This document shows positions 25,825 through 39,919 of a DNA stretch of 64,000 nucleotides, in pieces. Position 1 is the first letter of the stretch, and every line of letters begins with the position of its first letter. A program made the position numbers and the translations under genes. This stretch comes from Psilocybe cubensis (taxonomy: Eukaryota), in assembly GCA_017499595.2 (NCBI GenBank), contig CM039005.1, positions 2,232,001 to 2,296,000 on the forward strand, written 5' to 3'. Under the pieces are notes generated by a model, which did not search any database, had not been told where the DNA came from, and saw only the letters and a program-made list of their open reading frames with translations.

Positions 25825-27972
25825 ATGAATTCCGACGAGACGTCACCTCTTTTGAACAAGTTGAACGGGGAGAAGAAGGGAGACATACTCACATATCCTC
25901 CGGCTCACAAAGTTCAAGGCCGCGCCCTTATTCTTCTCTTCGATGGGACTGGCGACTCGTAAGCTCTCTCTCCCTTTTGATATTTGTGTAATACTGACAT
26001 GCTCCTCTTTTAGGGAAGATCAGGATGTGCGTCAATCAAGTTGATTTATGAGTTTTAATTGAACTTTGCAACGTCATCTAGATTTCCAACGTCGTCGCGC
26101 TGAAGAGGATGCTTCATCCCATAGATGATCCGAAGAAACAGATGATATTTTATCAGGTAAGCTTCGAGTTGTAAATCATATATGACTTTTGCAGAATCAT
26201 TTACCTCTTTCATCACAGACGGGTATTGGAACATACCATCCTGACTTTCCGGGTCTGAGAGACAAAAAGATCCCTGTTATAAGTACCGCATCTAGGGTAC
26301 GTCGACCTTGAGTTTTTATCAACCTCTCAAAGGTCTTTATCGTACATCAGACGGTGGATAGTGCAGTTGCTTGGAGCTTGGGTTCGCATGTTCAAGGTAC
26401 GTCGATCGTTTGCAACAATCAATGTATGGGTACTTATCTCTACACATACTATAGAGGCTTATAAATGGATCATGGACAAATGTATGGGACCTTTATCCTG
26501 TATCTATTGGTGTGACGTGTGCTTACCGCCTCATGACGACCTTTTCAGACGAGGATGGGGACAGAATTTGCATGTTTGGTGAGTAAAACTAGATGCTCGG
26601 CTACTTTTGTTTTCTTATACACTTCCTCAGGTTTCTCTAGGGGAGCATACACCGCGAGAGCGTGAGTAATGGACGCTGTGTTTTCTGATCATTAGCCTTA
26701 CGTTGGTCCATGCCATAGTGTCGGAGGAATGATTAACAAGATTGGCCTGCTTCCCAAGTCACGCGAGGATCAAGTTGAACGTGCATATGAGAGCTACAAG
26801 CAAAAGGGTAAAGACTACAAAAAAGAATGGCAAGCATTCCGTGAGATAAATGGAAGCCGAGATGTACCAATCGAATTTTTGGGAGTATGGTGTGTACTTG
26901 AATTTTTTGTACATTCGTTACCTGGAAGGTCGCTGACGGAATATCAACAGGGATACCGTCAGCTCTGTTGGCGTTGTATACGGCAAAACGCTCCCATTCG
27001 CGGATAGAAACGGTTCAGTAAAAACTTTCAGACATGCGGTGGCCTTGGATGAGCACCGCGCCCGCTTCAGACAGGATATGTGGAGACTGCCAAAATTCAG
27101 TGAACACAACAAAAAGCCTTGGAGCTGGTCGACAGACGCAGATCAGGTGTGGTTCGCAGGCGCTCATTGTGGTATGTAAATTATGATCCTCTTATGACAC
27201 AAAACCTCATAAACTTTATAACATCCAGACGTCGGAGGTGGATCTGGTATGTTATTTGCTGGAGCTTAAATGTTGCGTGCTCACTCAAATTGTAGTGATT
27301 AATGGCACCCGCCCCAATTTGGCGCATATTGCGTTGAGATGGATGATCCGGGAAATCTTCAAGAAAGAAGCTGGGATACTGTTCGACCCAGCGGAACTGC
27401 GGGCTATTGGATTGGATCCGGATGCGTTGTATCCTGTTGTTAAGACCCGACCTCCCGCTTTGGAACCCACTTCAGATATGACATTGTCATCCAGCAACAC
27501 TATCAAACAGCCCAACGCCATTGTGCGCTTTGGGTCGTGGGTTAAGAGCTTCTTCGTTACGCCTCCAAAGGAAGAGAAGCCTGACTATTCGATATATGGG
27601 TCGTACAGTGAAGAGCAGCTGGACCTTGTTGATGCTCTGGCTCCTATCTTCGATCAGCTCGCACTTAAGACGGCGAAGTGGGCGCTCCTAGAAATTGTGC
27701 CGATGAAGATTCGCGGGTATACACCTAACCTAGGAAAGGGCCGCGTCATTCCTCCTCCCTTTGATCCACGAGCACCAGGGAGTACTGATGATATGAAGAA
27801 GAAGGCTGAAAAAGATCCAAGGTGGACCAAAGTACGTGTTCATAGGACTGTAAAGACTCGGATGTCTTGCAAAACTGCAGATGGAAAAGAGCGCTATGTG
27901 CCTCGAGCAACAGTGAATGGAGAAATTGGGCTTGATAAACTCAACCCTGATTTGATTGAGTGGGTGGACTGA
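25825..27972 (+). CDS. DUF2235 / Tle1-like alpha/beta hydrolase, copy 3 (more divergent)
   Basis: LILLFDGTGD, GFSRGAYTARA, FRHAVALDEHRARF, QVWFAGAHC; ends LIEWVD. Confidence 0.9.
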
Positions 27973-28195
27973 AAGGCATTTTTAATTTTTTCTTCTAGCT
28001 TTTGTTACTGCCATTTCCACTCCCGTTTGTATTCTTTACCGTAACCTATGTACCAGTTTGTACAATCATATTTATCTGTTACTCTAAATGCATATTTTAT
28101 ATAACCGTAATATATCTTTTAGGCCGCTTGGAAGTGCCTGATGACAAGTTATTTATGTTTGAACGCCAGGTAGGAAAGAATAATGCAATAGAAAT

Positions 28196-29473
28196 TCAGT
28201 CAACTCATTCGATCAAGGAAGGGTCTACATTGTTTAACGTTCTTGTGTTTTTCAGTAGTGCCCTAGGAATATATTGCCTGCCATCAATATCACCAGAAGA
28301 CTCCATTCGCGTTGTCACAGTTCTATGTACACGAATTTTGGACCATCCTGGGTGAATTGCCACTTGACCCAGTGAAGCCGCTGCAGAAGGGTCGGTGAGT
28401 GACGAATCATGAGGGACGGGTATCATGCGGCCGCGTTCAAGATTTCTATTCCATACCATCTTCTTGTTGGTAACTGAATATCTGCGCAGCCATATATGTT
28501 CCAGAAACCACCACAGCCGTCTGTTGATAACCAGTTGATCATACACAGGCGCGAGAGCATCCACGAGGTCAAGTTCTTCTTCGCCATAGGTGTTGTATAT
28601 GGAATAATCTGGAGTTCCGGAAATCTGTCCAGATTTAAACCAGCTAATTAACCACGATGCCGCCTTACTAATGTAGCTGGGCTGTAGAATGAGCTCCGTC
28701 GATATCCTATGGCTATTGGAAAGTGCGGCAGGAGGTGGCCGTGGTTTGACGACGGGATTAAGAGAATCGGGATCAATCCCAATGGCCATTATTTCAGCAG
28801 GATCAAACCTGAGCCCAGTCTTTGCTTTGAAACACTCGCGAACCATCCAACGAAGTGCAATATGCGCTAGATTTGGGCGAGTGCCATTAGGGACTATTAA
28901 GAGGGAATGTTAGAAACCGTGAGGTTCTCATGGATTATCTGGCGTGTGTAGCTTACCGGATCCACCTCCAACGTCTGGGATAAAGTGAAGTTATCAATGA
29001 CTTGGATTTAACAGAGGAAAGTCGTCTTCGTAACTCACCACAATGACAGCCAGAAAACCGTACTTGATCGACGTCTGTTACAACAAAATGTTGAGGACGT
29101 TTCTTTGGATAGGTGCTTGGTGGACTCCACATGTTCGATCTAAATCGAGCACGGTGCTCATCTAACGCCACGGCATGTCGAAATGTTCGCAGGGAGCCAT
29201 TGCTCGCAGTGTGATAAAGCTTTCTGACACCGATCAGACCCACCGAATTCACTGTATCCCTTCAAGTTCAATACGTTTAGACAACCATTTTATGCAGCTT
29301 GCTTTGCGATCAGGATGATAACTTACCAGACACCTACAAACTCAATAATCACTGTCCTACTTCCAGTATCCTTCCTAAAAGCAGTGGAATGGACCCAAGA
29401 GCCATATGCATCCCACACTTTGTCTATGTGTGAAAGAGGTAGCAAACCGACTTTGTGGATCATGGCGCTCACG
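28196..29473 (-). pseudogene. DUF2235 copy 4, inverted and 5'-truncated
   Basis: Homology starts at the exon after GFSRGA and no upstream exons are recognisable; 8-aa deletion; VWF>VRF; TGG>TGA in the terminal EWVD. Confidence 0.8.
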
Positions 29474-30064
29474 CTACATTTCGGTCAATATCTATACGAC
29501 AGTTATAGCGATTACCAGGGAATAGTTGGTCATGAGCATATACTGCTAATAACCAATGGTGAATGTTGAACCAAGCCTTACAGAAACAACGTGAGAACTT
29601 TTTGATGTACACAATAGCGCCCAAGATTTGATAAGTCTTTTGATCCGTGTGCCGTGGACAACTGATATGACGTTAGAGTCTAGACTCATCAGTTTTGCGT
29701 TTTTCACACATGCCAAAACTACATAGGCCTTGAACGCTTGGCTATTCAATTACTCTGGTTCTAAGTATATGATGCTTGTTTGTAGGAGGAGCGACCTTAT
29801 TTACAGTAGACAAAAGAGGACTCCACTCATTAGGTAGCTATTTATCGGGTTTACGCGGAACCCGCGCTGGCGCAAATGATAGCCCTGATCCGAGATTTGC
29901 GCAAGTTTCTACAAGTTTCAGGCATCTTGACTTGTAAAATCAAAATGTCCATATGATAATAGTGTTGTTAAATAGTACAAGTGAGTATATGAAATGATAC
30001 ATAAAGAGTCATAAAGATCGTTCATTAAAAGTCATTGTAATCCAGACCATTTGGTCAGTCAGAG

Positions 30065-33000
30065 CTATGATGGACCCATACTTCTAAGATACGCGTCCCA
30101 TTCTTCAACCCTTTGATATCACGTAATTTTAGCATGAATTTCTGAGGAAGTGGTAAGGACCGCACCGAAAAGATGAACTGGGAAGGTTATCCCATGAAGA
30201 ATGTATACTATTTCCTGGCGTGATCTGAGAATGTGGTACCTCAATGCCTGACGGTGTTGGACCTTGAGAATTATAGGCCCTGTGGGAAGTCGCAGGATTA
30301 AGAGTTTCTGTATTATCTCTCGGAAAATCAGGAAGGTAACCCATTTCGCTGAGCAACAGTCGATCCCAGTCAAACTCGGGAGTGGCCATCATTCCAGGAT
30401 TTTCGTCTATCTCGGTGAGAGAGGTAAATGCAGTGTTTATGAGACCATCAATCGCCGAAGGCACGGTGGCTGGTATTTGGTTCGAGCTTGCTGCTTCGGA
30501 CGCCTCATAAGATCGCTTATCGCCTTTGGTAGGATAGTATTCATTTAGAGCGCCTGTTTCGTTGATTATATCTCTGTACGGATTTAAGAGAAGTGCGATA
30601 CCTAAAAAGGGCTTGACTCACCGCAATCTCCCCGCCCAAATCCATCTACATAATATAAACATAAGCGATTTAAAGTATTATAAATTTAAATCTACACACC
30701 TTTTTTCGCATTCCTTCAGGACGTTGAGACATTTAGCCAGAGTTTGCATATCCCGTTCTGGGTCACCAACATATCCTATGGATTGGCCACCCCATAAGCC
30801 AACAAGTATAACCAGGCCTGATGTGAAAGCGCCAGTCTAAAAAAATCAGGTTTGATTTTGAGACAGCTGATCTCTACGAATAACGGACGTACTATCGTCA
30901 TCGGGAAAATGCGAATCCCTCTTGTCGTTGCCGCCTCGAGGATGTGGGCGGTTGATCTTGCTGCAGTGGTACACATGGCAAGCGAAGAGAAGGTTAGGCA
31001 ACAGGGCCTAGTCAGGTAGGGACGATGGATTTGAATTTGTACGTAGTTATACGTGACGTGCAAGTCCACAGACTGATGGAAGAACAGGAGATCCTGTCGC
31101 TCTGGTTCCCATTTCACTACAAGCCTCTGAGCGGACAGATAGGATATCCATAAAGGTGACGTATACGCACAGTGGTCAGGAAGAGATTCTTTCCATTTGT
31201 TCATCGCCGAATCCAGCTCTGCGACCATCCGCCCCTCCCAGTCACTTCCTATGAAACCTGATATAATTTTGGACTTCTTGTTGGTATATAAGGTTCTCAG
31301 GGCAAAACCCAGGATTTCAACCAGTTTGATGAAGCAAACGAAGGCCGTTATGGTACATGGCTTCCCTTCCGGCTGACGGAAAGCTTGCTCGGGGTCATCA
31401 GTCTCCCAGTATTCATCGTCACATTCGATAGGATACTCCACATCGAAACTAGGTTAAGATTTATCAATAGTTTTAAGAATAAACGTTTTGATAAAATGCT
31501 GTCAAATACACACGTTTCATGAGGAAACGAACATGGGCGGCCTACGAAGGAGCATTCGATGCGATCAAGACAAACAAGTGCCCTATTTTCTGTGTTAAAT
31601 CAAGGTATGAAAAGGCTAAGATTGCATCACACCAAAAGGCACGTTTTTGCAGTTCGCGTTCAGCCGTCGGAGCCTGTTTATCTCCTCTACGACGATGGAT
31701 ACCTTTTTCTAGAGCAAATCTTATGCCCATCCCTAACAGAATCCAAGCTGCGTTGGACATCGTTGTACCAGTCAAATATAGTGCAGCGAGCTATATGGCC
31801 ATGCCTGACTTAGGTATCCAAGCGTTCTAATAGCAAAGCAATGACTCACGATATAATATTGCAAATCATAAACACTTGTTCTATAGAGGTTAATCTTACG
31901 ATGAACTGTAACTTGGCTAAAGTACTTCCATCCTGAGGACAAGGCAGATGTATCGTTTGGGGAAAGAACTCGAGGATCGTGTGAATACCTGGAACCAATG
32001 GAACACACCAGAAGTACTGTCATTCCGAATGATGAGTCCCAGAGATGTTGGCGCGTATCCAGAGCTTTCATGAATGTTGGGCGGTGAAGAACAGGTAAAA
32101 GGCTATTTGTCTTCTCGAAGTAAAGATAAACCAGATTTCGAAGGAGATCTTCCTCAGGAAAGATGTATGGAGTCTCAGGTATTGCTACAAGGGACAATTC
32201 CCACTTCGTGCTGATTCAGTAACGAGCTTTACTTTAATTTACGAGCAAGTGCCTACCGGTCTGATGTCCCAGTAAGTGTGACGACGGATTCGTTGATATT
32301 CGGTACCTTTGACTTTTTCCAGGCCAGCGACTTGATGTCGAAAGTCGCAAACCTGTCTAGAAAACATATACACGCTACTGATATTTAGCTATCGCATACT
32401 GAAGAGATTTTAAGTCCTACCTGGACTGGCCAAAAAATCGCTCTTCGACGGCATTTGTTGATAACTTGGCCAAGTGATCTGATAGCCCAATCTGGTCTAG
32501 GTCCTCTTCTTCTGACATTTCCCCTCCATCTACCGCCAATGATACACATCTCGAGGGTACGCTTGAGGCTATAGTTTGTTGAAGGGTGAAATTAGGATCT
32601 GTTATTCCATAGAGACTGCGAACGGGTTTTGGGACCTCGGATCGATTGATTATAGATGTATTCGAGCCTTCCTGCGCTTCTGATAAGGCTATTACACGAT
32701 ATACATTCTTCCCAGGATGGAGCTAAAACAGATCGGGGTCAATGCTAAGTTGTTAACGATGATACAACACAAACTTTTTCGATGTAGCCTTCCAGCTTTC
32801 GAACTTTGTCTTCAAGATTTTGAATATACCTGGTATGACGGTAAGAGTGCTGTTGCAATTGAAGACTGGCTTTTTTACGCTTGCTGCATTTCTGCTCTCT
32901 GTAAAACTATTGTGATGAGGTCCAGCCACCAAAAATCAGGATTTCAAGTTGCCTTATGGTAATTGGGTAAGTCATGGCTACATTGCATATTTGCGATTCG

Positions 33001-33303
33001 ACAATTGGTGCACCTATTTCCGGGCATTCTTGCGCTGTCGCCTATACTCAGAGAAAGAAAAAATTAGAAATAGAAATGAAATAACTGCGTGAACGTACAC
33101 TTGGCTGAACAAGATAGTAAAAAATAAGTTCCTTCTTCTGTGTCATTGAGAGAAAACAGCGCACTCTTTTTTATTCTACACTTGTCGCATGCTCCTCTTA
33201 GTCGCCTTCTCTTTGTCTGTTGTGAATCTCCATGTTGAATGGTCCCCGCTTCGATTTCAGGAGGAGTGCTGCTGCGTGAACGCGAGTCGGCGGTAGATGT
33301 CAT
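30065..33303 (-). CDS. Zn2Cys6 transcription factor with Fungal_trans domain, copy A
   Basis: KRRRLRGACDKCRIKK..C.....CTNC; YFEKTNSLLPVLHRPTF; ELQKRAFW; EYPIECDDEYW. Confidence 0.9.
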
Positions 33304-34668
33304 GAGAATGTAAACCGTGGCAGAATAAGTAGAATGACAGTGGAGCTTCAAAAATGTTACGCGGGAAAAAGAATGATGAGTCCATGGCCTTATATCAGCG
33401 CGAAGAAGGGCAAAGAAAGTCGTACAGGTAAACAATACGGCTGAACGGCACACCCCGCGACGTCGTTGGCGCCAAGATCATTTTGCCACGTGAGGCCACC
33501 CCGTCTTTCTGTAACAGTTGACCCTGAATGATGAAAGACCTCGAACCCCGTAATTCTGTACTAATGAGGGTTAAGGTCCGTTGATGATTGGTTTGTTGAC
33601 TTAACATCCCCAGATGAGATTTAAACATGATAGAGAGATACGGTTAATAATCTTAATGTTGCTCGTGTGATGAGGGCCCGAGACAGTGATACTACAAAAT
33701 TTTGTTTATTATGCCAGCGGCAAGGACCCTGAATATGGAAGGTTTTCATATTTTACTTTGCGGGGATGATAACCCGACATGTAGATGAGCAAGGTGGCTG
33801 TCAACTATTTTAAGGTGCGGTCCCAACCGTGAGGCCCGATGCCTTCTTTGTGATGGTCCCAACCATGAGAAAGACCTGGTGACTGCTGTAGGTGGTCAGC
33901 TAAGGACTTAAAAATCAGATAGAGCACTCATATTGCCTATAGTTAAGATAAAACATGAAGGAGACGCCGAGTCGTATAGTTCCACTGCAAGACCTGGCAC
34001 CGCTGGTTTTTACCACGTTGGAAGCATCTAAAAATATCCTGGAGTGTCATGAGCGCTTACAAGTCGACTCACATTCTTTTTTTTTTGTGTTATGTTATAG
34101 CCTCTGAGGGGTGGACCCCTCCCTGGGCTTGATACTACTGGCTACCTACTCGCCCCTTTTTTACTTTCCTCGATGCGACTCTGCGCCACGGAGGGCCCTC
34201 ACGTCCCCCCTCAAGGCCCATCTCACATTCTTATTTACTACAGTGACAAAATTTGACAGTGGGCCCACACGGATCAGGTACAAATTGAGGCTGCAATGAC
34301 CTGAAGGCTATAGTTGCCTCAGTAAAATTGACTTCCAGCTTTTTAACCGAAGGGCTTCCGAAGTTCCATTACAGTCTATCCCTCGACATTGATCCTCACC
34401 ACCCCTAATGTCAGTAAAAGAGGATGATAGAAGCAATCGAGGGCTCACTACTGAAGTTACGGATACTTACATGTCGCTCATACGGACCCCGTTCATTGAA
34501 GCCTCAGTCAGGGTGTCCTATTCCAAATTGCATTTACATATTAATTAGGCGAATGATTCTCTATTCTCTACGTGTACATAGGAAAGTCAGTTACATAGGG
34601 CTAACTACAAGCGTATAAATTTATTTCGATATGATACACATAAATCAGTGGAGTAACAGTGTATCAAG

Positions 34669-37600
34669 CTATGATTGGCCCATGTAAGCAAAATACGTAT
34701 CCCACTGCTCCAGGCTAAAATGACGAGGTATTCAGTCACTGCTCAGTAGCAAATGATACTGAGATACTGACCTCGTAAATGGAACAGTAGTGTCAGACCA
34801 GACCCCAGCAAACAGATCGCTTGCAGGAGGATCTGCAGATATCGATTGTCCAGGAATACCGATGGAAGCGGTAGGTTCAGATTGGGGTAAGTGGATGTTG
34901 AAGTTAGTGGTGTTTAACAAATTGGGATTGTTGTCTGAAATGGAGGTCCCCGGGAAAAAACCCATATCTGTGAGCATCAGACTTTGGAGAGGGCTGCCCA
35001 TGGTAGAAGGCGGCACAGGTCTATTGCCAATTACAGTGCTTCCCGCCGAGCTAAGGCCAGTGGCAGTCACCTCCACAGGCTCCGCCGAGTCTGGAGCTGG
35101 CTGGAAAATTAGCTCAGTATCAAACGATAGACGGCGGCGCTTATTCACGGTCGGCTGTACGTAGAGGTTAATATCACTTGCTTCCCGTAACATATCACTG
35201 TTTAGAAATATGATCATCATAAGGACATCTAATCAGAAGAAGGATATACCTTAGTCTGCCGGCACAGTGCCATCTACAGTGAGGTGATATCATCTTCAGC
35301 AACTATTAATTTACGCTTATGAAGATCAAAGAACCAACTTTTTTTCGCAATGGTACAGATAGTCAAGACATTTTCGAAGGCTTTCCGTGCCTTCCTTATT
35401 ATCTCCAAGGTACCCCATAGGTTGACCACCCCACATACACAGGGTAATCACCATTCCAGCAGTGTATGCGACAATCTATTGTAAACGCTTAGATAATTTG
35501 GTGAGCCAGAAATATGCAGTTGATACGTACGATTGCATGAGGAAGGATTCTAGCTCCCCTTGCTATTGAAGCCTCCAGGACATGTGAACAGGCTCTGGCA
35601 GCACTATTGCACATGGCGAGAGAGGGAAGCGTCAATTCAGATTTTTTTGTGAGGTAGGGCCGGTGGATCTGCATTTGTACATAGTAATACGATGTGTACA
35701 GATTAGCAGACTGGTGGAAAAAGGTAATATCTTGTCTGTCAGGGTTCCATAGAACTATTATAGTATTAATATAAAGGTAAGGGACGTAAGGAACCACATA
35801 CGATGTTCGGGTAAGGCTTCTTTCCATTTATTCATCGACGAATCTAGTTCCGCAACCATTTTACCTTCCCAGTCAGGCCCAACAAAACCTGAAATCATCC
35901 TAGATTTCTTGGTGGTATACAAGGTTCGGAGGACGAATCCTAGAATCTCGCATAGCTTGATGAAGTGAACGTATGCGGTCATGTAGCTGGGTCTTCCTGG
36001 AGGTTGCCGGAATGCTTGATCGGGGTCTTCGGTCTCCCAGAATTCATCATCGCACTCAACTGGATATTCAACGTCGTAGCTATGAAGGTATATGAAATGT
36101 GTAAACACTCAGTAATATGATATGCCGAACTTACGCGTCGTGAGGTGTGGAGCCTGAGCGACCCACGAAGGAGCTTGATAGGTTGTCAAGACATATAAGG
36201 GCCCTATAGCAATTGTTTTCTGGCATAACATATTCACCAAAGTCGAGTTGACGTACCAAAAGGCCCTTTTCTGTAATTCTTCCTCAACCGAAGGCTGCTT
36301 GTTCCCTTTGCGTCTGTGTGCACCTTTTTCGAAAGCGTGCCTGAGACCAATAGCGATCACTGTCCAAGAATTATGCGGCATTGATGTCCCACTGAGGTAT
36401 AACGAAGCAAGCTTACAGTAAACTCAGCAAAATAGAGAAAATTGGCCCATAATATTGACTTACACCGTAATACTGCAAATCATACGTGCTTGCTGTGTAA
36501 AGCATCTTCTTTCGATGAACTGGGACTTGACAGAAGTAATGCCAACCGGCGGACATGCCAGAAGGGTCATTGGCAACCGAAACGCGGGGATCTGAAGAGT
36601 ACCGCGATGCAATGGCACAGACTAAAAGCACTGTCATACCAAATGATGGATCCCAATGATGTTGTCCCATGGAAAGAGACCTCTCAAAAGTAGGGCGATG
36701 AAGAATGGGGATAATGGTATTGGACTTTTCGAAATAGAGGGAAACAAGAGTGTTGAGTAGATCGTTTTCCGGAAACACGTAAGGACGCTCTGACGAGGTA
36801 ACGTAGGTCATCTCCCACTTTACGATAGTCAGTCATGGTATTTGTATAGATGAGTTCGGACACAAACAGGTCGTAGTTCCCAATAGATTAGACGCCGATA
36901 TTTGCGTGGATCTAGGCCAGCATTCGGTTGACCCGTAATCATGTTTCGAGCGTCTGTGACATGCTTGGCGAGCATGAATGTGCTAAGGGCGCGTAATCAG
37001 GTGAGGTAGTACGTGAATAAAGATTTAATTAACATACCTAGCCTCGCCGAAGAAGCGGTCTTCTGTGGCATTCGTGGACAGCTTCTTCAAATCTTCAGCA
37101 AGAGCGACATGGGCAAGGTCATCGTCATCGTCTGAAGCAGCGGGTTCATCTTCTGCTGTTGGCGATGTAGCAGCTGTCATTATATCCATGGGAGGGCTAC
37201 TAGGGTATCTTAAATCCACAGAGCTAAATGTGCTAGAGCTGGGTTCGACACCACTGGAGATCGACGGTGACCGAGAGATCTCCCTAACAGGTGCGTTGAT
37301 AATTTGCTCAATGTCTTCTCCAGGATGCAACTTGTTCACTTTAACAATAAAACTGAGCTGAACGTAAGTATGGAGCACATACACCTCGTATATAGTCTTC
37401 TAACTTCTTTATCCTTGCTTCCAGTATCATGATGTGCCTATCGGAGGTCCGGATCAGCTTGACTGTTCAAGCTTCAAGGATCACTGAAGATCGCTTACGC
37501 GGTGGCTGCTTGTTTGACCTCCGTTACCTGTAAGAGCTTGAGTGTCATCGATAGAAATTTTCTTATAAAACATTGATGAGTACCTTCTGTTGGCGAGGCA

Positions 37601-37910
37601 GGTCATGAGTGCATGCTATTCCTGAAAGGATGCAATTTGTGCAAACATTTCCTGGCCTTTCTGAACTGTCGCCTGTGCATAGCGACGTTAGAAAGTGCGG
37701 TTTTTGATGAAATTGTAATGATGGCGTACACTTCGCTGGTCATATGTGACAATAAAGTCAATCGCAGAGCTTCATGAAGAATGAGTGTGCCTACGCACTC
37801 TTCTTAGATCGGCATGAGTCGCATGACCCTTTCAATCGCCTTCTCTTTGCCTTCTGAGCGTCTGATGAGGTGCCCTGCTCAAGGTGTACTGAAGAGTCTT
37901 CTGCAGGCAT
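34669..37910 (-). CDS. Zn2Cys6 transcription factor with Fungal_trans domain, copy B
   Basis: KRRRLKGSCDSCRSKK; YFEKSNTIIPILHRPTF; ELQKRAFW; EYPVECDDEFW; exon structure parallels copy A. Confidence 0.9.
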
Positions 37911-38410
37911 CTTCGACGAGGCAATTTAGTGAGCTGGCAAACGCGCTTCGTACTTGGTGCAGTTGCTGAATGTTGACAATCGAAGACAAATCGCAACTGG
38001 CATTATTGATGTAATGAATCGTGAGAACAAGACTCAATTCTACGGCCAAATAAATAACCCTGCGTATGTAATTCCTATCACTGTTCGGGCTTCACAGGCT
38101 ATTGTTTATTGATGACCGACTATCAGAGAAGAAAATTGCTTCCTGGACCAACGAACTCACATATGTAGCCCAGCTCCAACTCAGAGATACTTAAGTACTA
38201 TGTGAGCACTGTATGTACGAATTTTATCCCTAAAAGCGTGGGCTCCGTTTAGTGTTGAGGAAGTCTATTAATAGATTAACCCCCTAACTATCAGGTTCCT
38301 CACTCTAATCTCCAAGGTAAACTACACAGAATGGCGGACAGACTTATGGAGCAGCACCAGAATCATACTGAAGGTCTATAATAGTATTATATAGTATAAC
38401 ATACTATTGT

Positions 38411-39919
38411 TTACCAGCCTAACTCAACGCATGCCCTGCGTGCTTCGAGTATACAGTCGAAACCATATATTTTGCTTTGAATCTCCTTGTCCGCCCATTT
38501 GTCTGGAACTGTGCCCTTACCATCCCTCAGAAGCTTAGAAAATAATGCATCTCTTTCTTCCCTTGCTTTCCCCTCGCCGAGGTGCAATAGTTTCCCATTT
38601 GCTGTCGCCAAGTCCACCAAGGTTTCCGCCCGCGTTTTGCGGACCTTTTCGTAGATCTTTAACGCTTGGTGCACGCTTTCGGGGTCGGTGTTAGGAAGTT
38701 TGGAGAGCGCAACAGCAAGGGTGATGCCATCTTCAATAGCCTGAGCAGCTCCCTGTGCAAGGTGCGGAAGTGTAGGATGGCAAGCGTCGCCTACCAGCGC
38801 CACGCTATGATGAACCCATGTGGGGAGGCGAGCGTGAATCCGCAGTTTCCACTCACAAACCTCGTCTTGCGGTACTAGGCTAAGTAATTTATGAACCTGA
38901 ATGGTGGAATATTAATCAGATTAGTGGTCACAGACATGCTCAAGGGAGGGTCCGGCGTACCTTCGGACAGAAATCGGAGAACACCTCCAGCATCCTGGTT
39001 TTACTCCCTCTCGTGGTATACTGAGCTGATGGTGCAGCAGAAAAATGCGTATCTGGCTGCGCGGTACTGATATTGTATATCCGCTTGTTATCAATTGGAT
39101 ATGCAATAAGTAGCCGCTTCTCCCCAATCCACCGAGTAACTCTGTCAGCGTCTATTAATTCCAACAGCTCAGGATCATCCTTCATTTGCTCGCGGGTCAG
39201 CATAATGCGATATGCAGCCTGTCCAGAATCCACCACATGATCCGTGGAACCAAGTTCCTTCAGCATTGCTGCTCGAGTGAGCGACTTGATACCATCGGCG
39301 GCTAATATGATATCAGCCTCGACTCGCACAGCTGGACCTACTAATGGCGTAGCCAAGAACGATGGCTTCCTGTCATCCCCGCCAAAATTCACTTCAGATA
39401 CGGCAGTCGAGAAGTGAAAGGTAATAGCAGATTGTGCTTTGCAGCCTTCGTAAAGGCTCCCAGCGAGCGAGGCACGGTGTCCTACCATGTGAGCGTAGCC
39501 ATATTTATCTTTGACGGAGTCGAACTCGACAAAGCCGAGCTCTTCGTCGGTTGTTCCCTCTGGGAAGATTTAAGCACATTGATTTACTATGTCAAGAACT
39601 GATATTACTTACGTCTGATGCTCGTGCTCTTGACTAAGACAGCCTCGGACTCGATCTTTTTCCAAACGCCGAGTTTATCGAGAATGCGTGCCATATTGGG
39701 GGCAAGTTGAATTCCTGCTCCTACAAAACCTAGGTTGGGCGCAGTTTCGTAGACATCGATATAGAGAAACCCTTCGTGTGCTAACGAGAGGGCACAAGTG
39801 AGGCCGCCCATGCCTTGATACTAGCTATGAGTTCATCGTGTGAGTCAACTAACCGGAGGAAGGAGCTCACCTGCTCCAAAGACAGCGACTCTCAACCGTC
39901 TGACGTCGTCCAAGGTCAT
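38411..39919 (-). CDS. FAD-dependent monooxygenase (salicylate hydroxylase-like, group A)
   Basis: GAGMGG Rossmann motif, GAGIQL, AADGIKS, LVGDACHPTLPHLAQGAAQAIEDG. Confidence 0.92.

Noticed and set aside
34096-34312. Short TATAGCCT/AGGCTATA inverted match suggesting a MITE
   Set aside because: Only 8 bp match; could be chance
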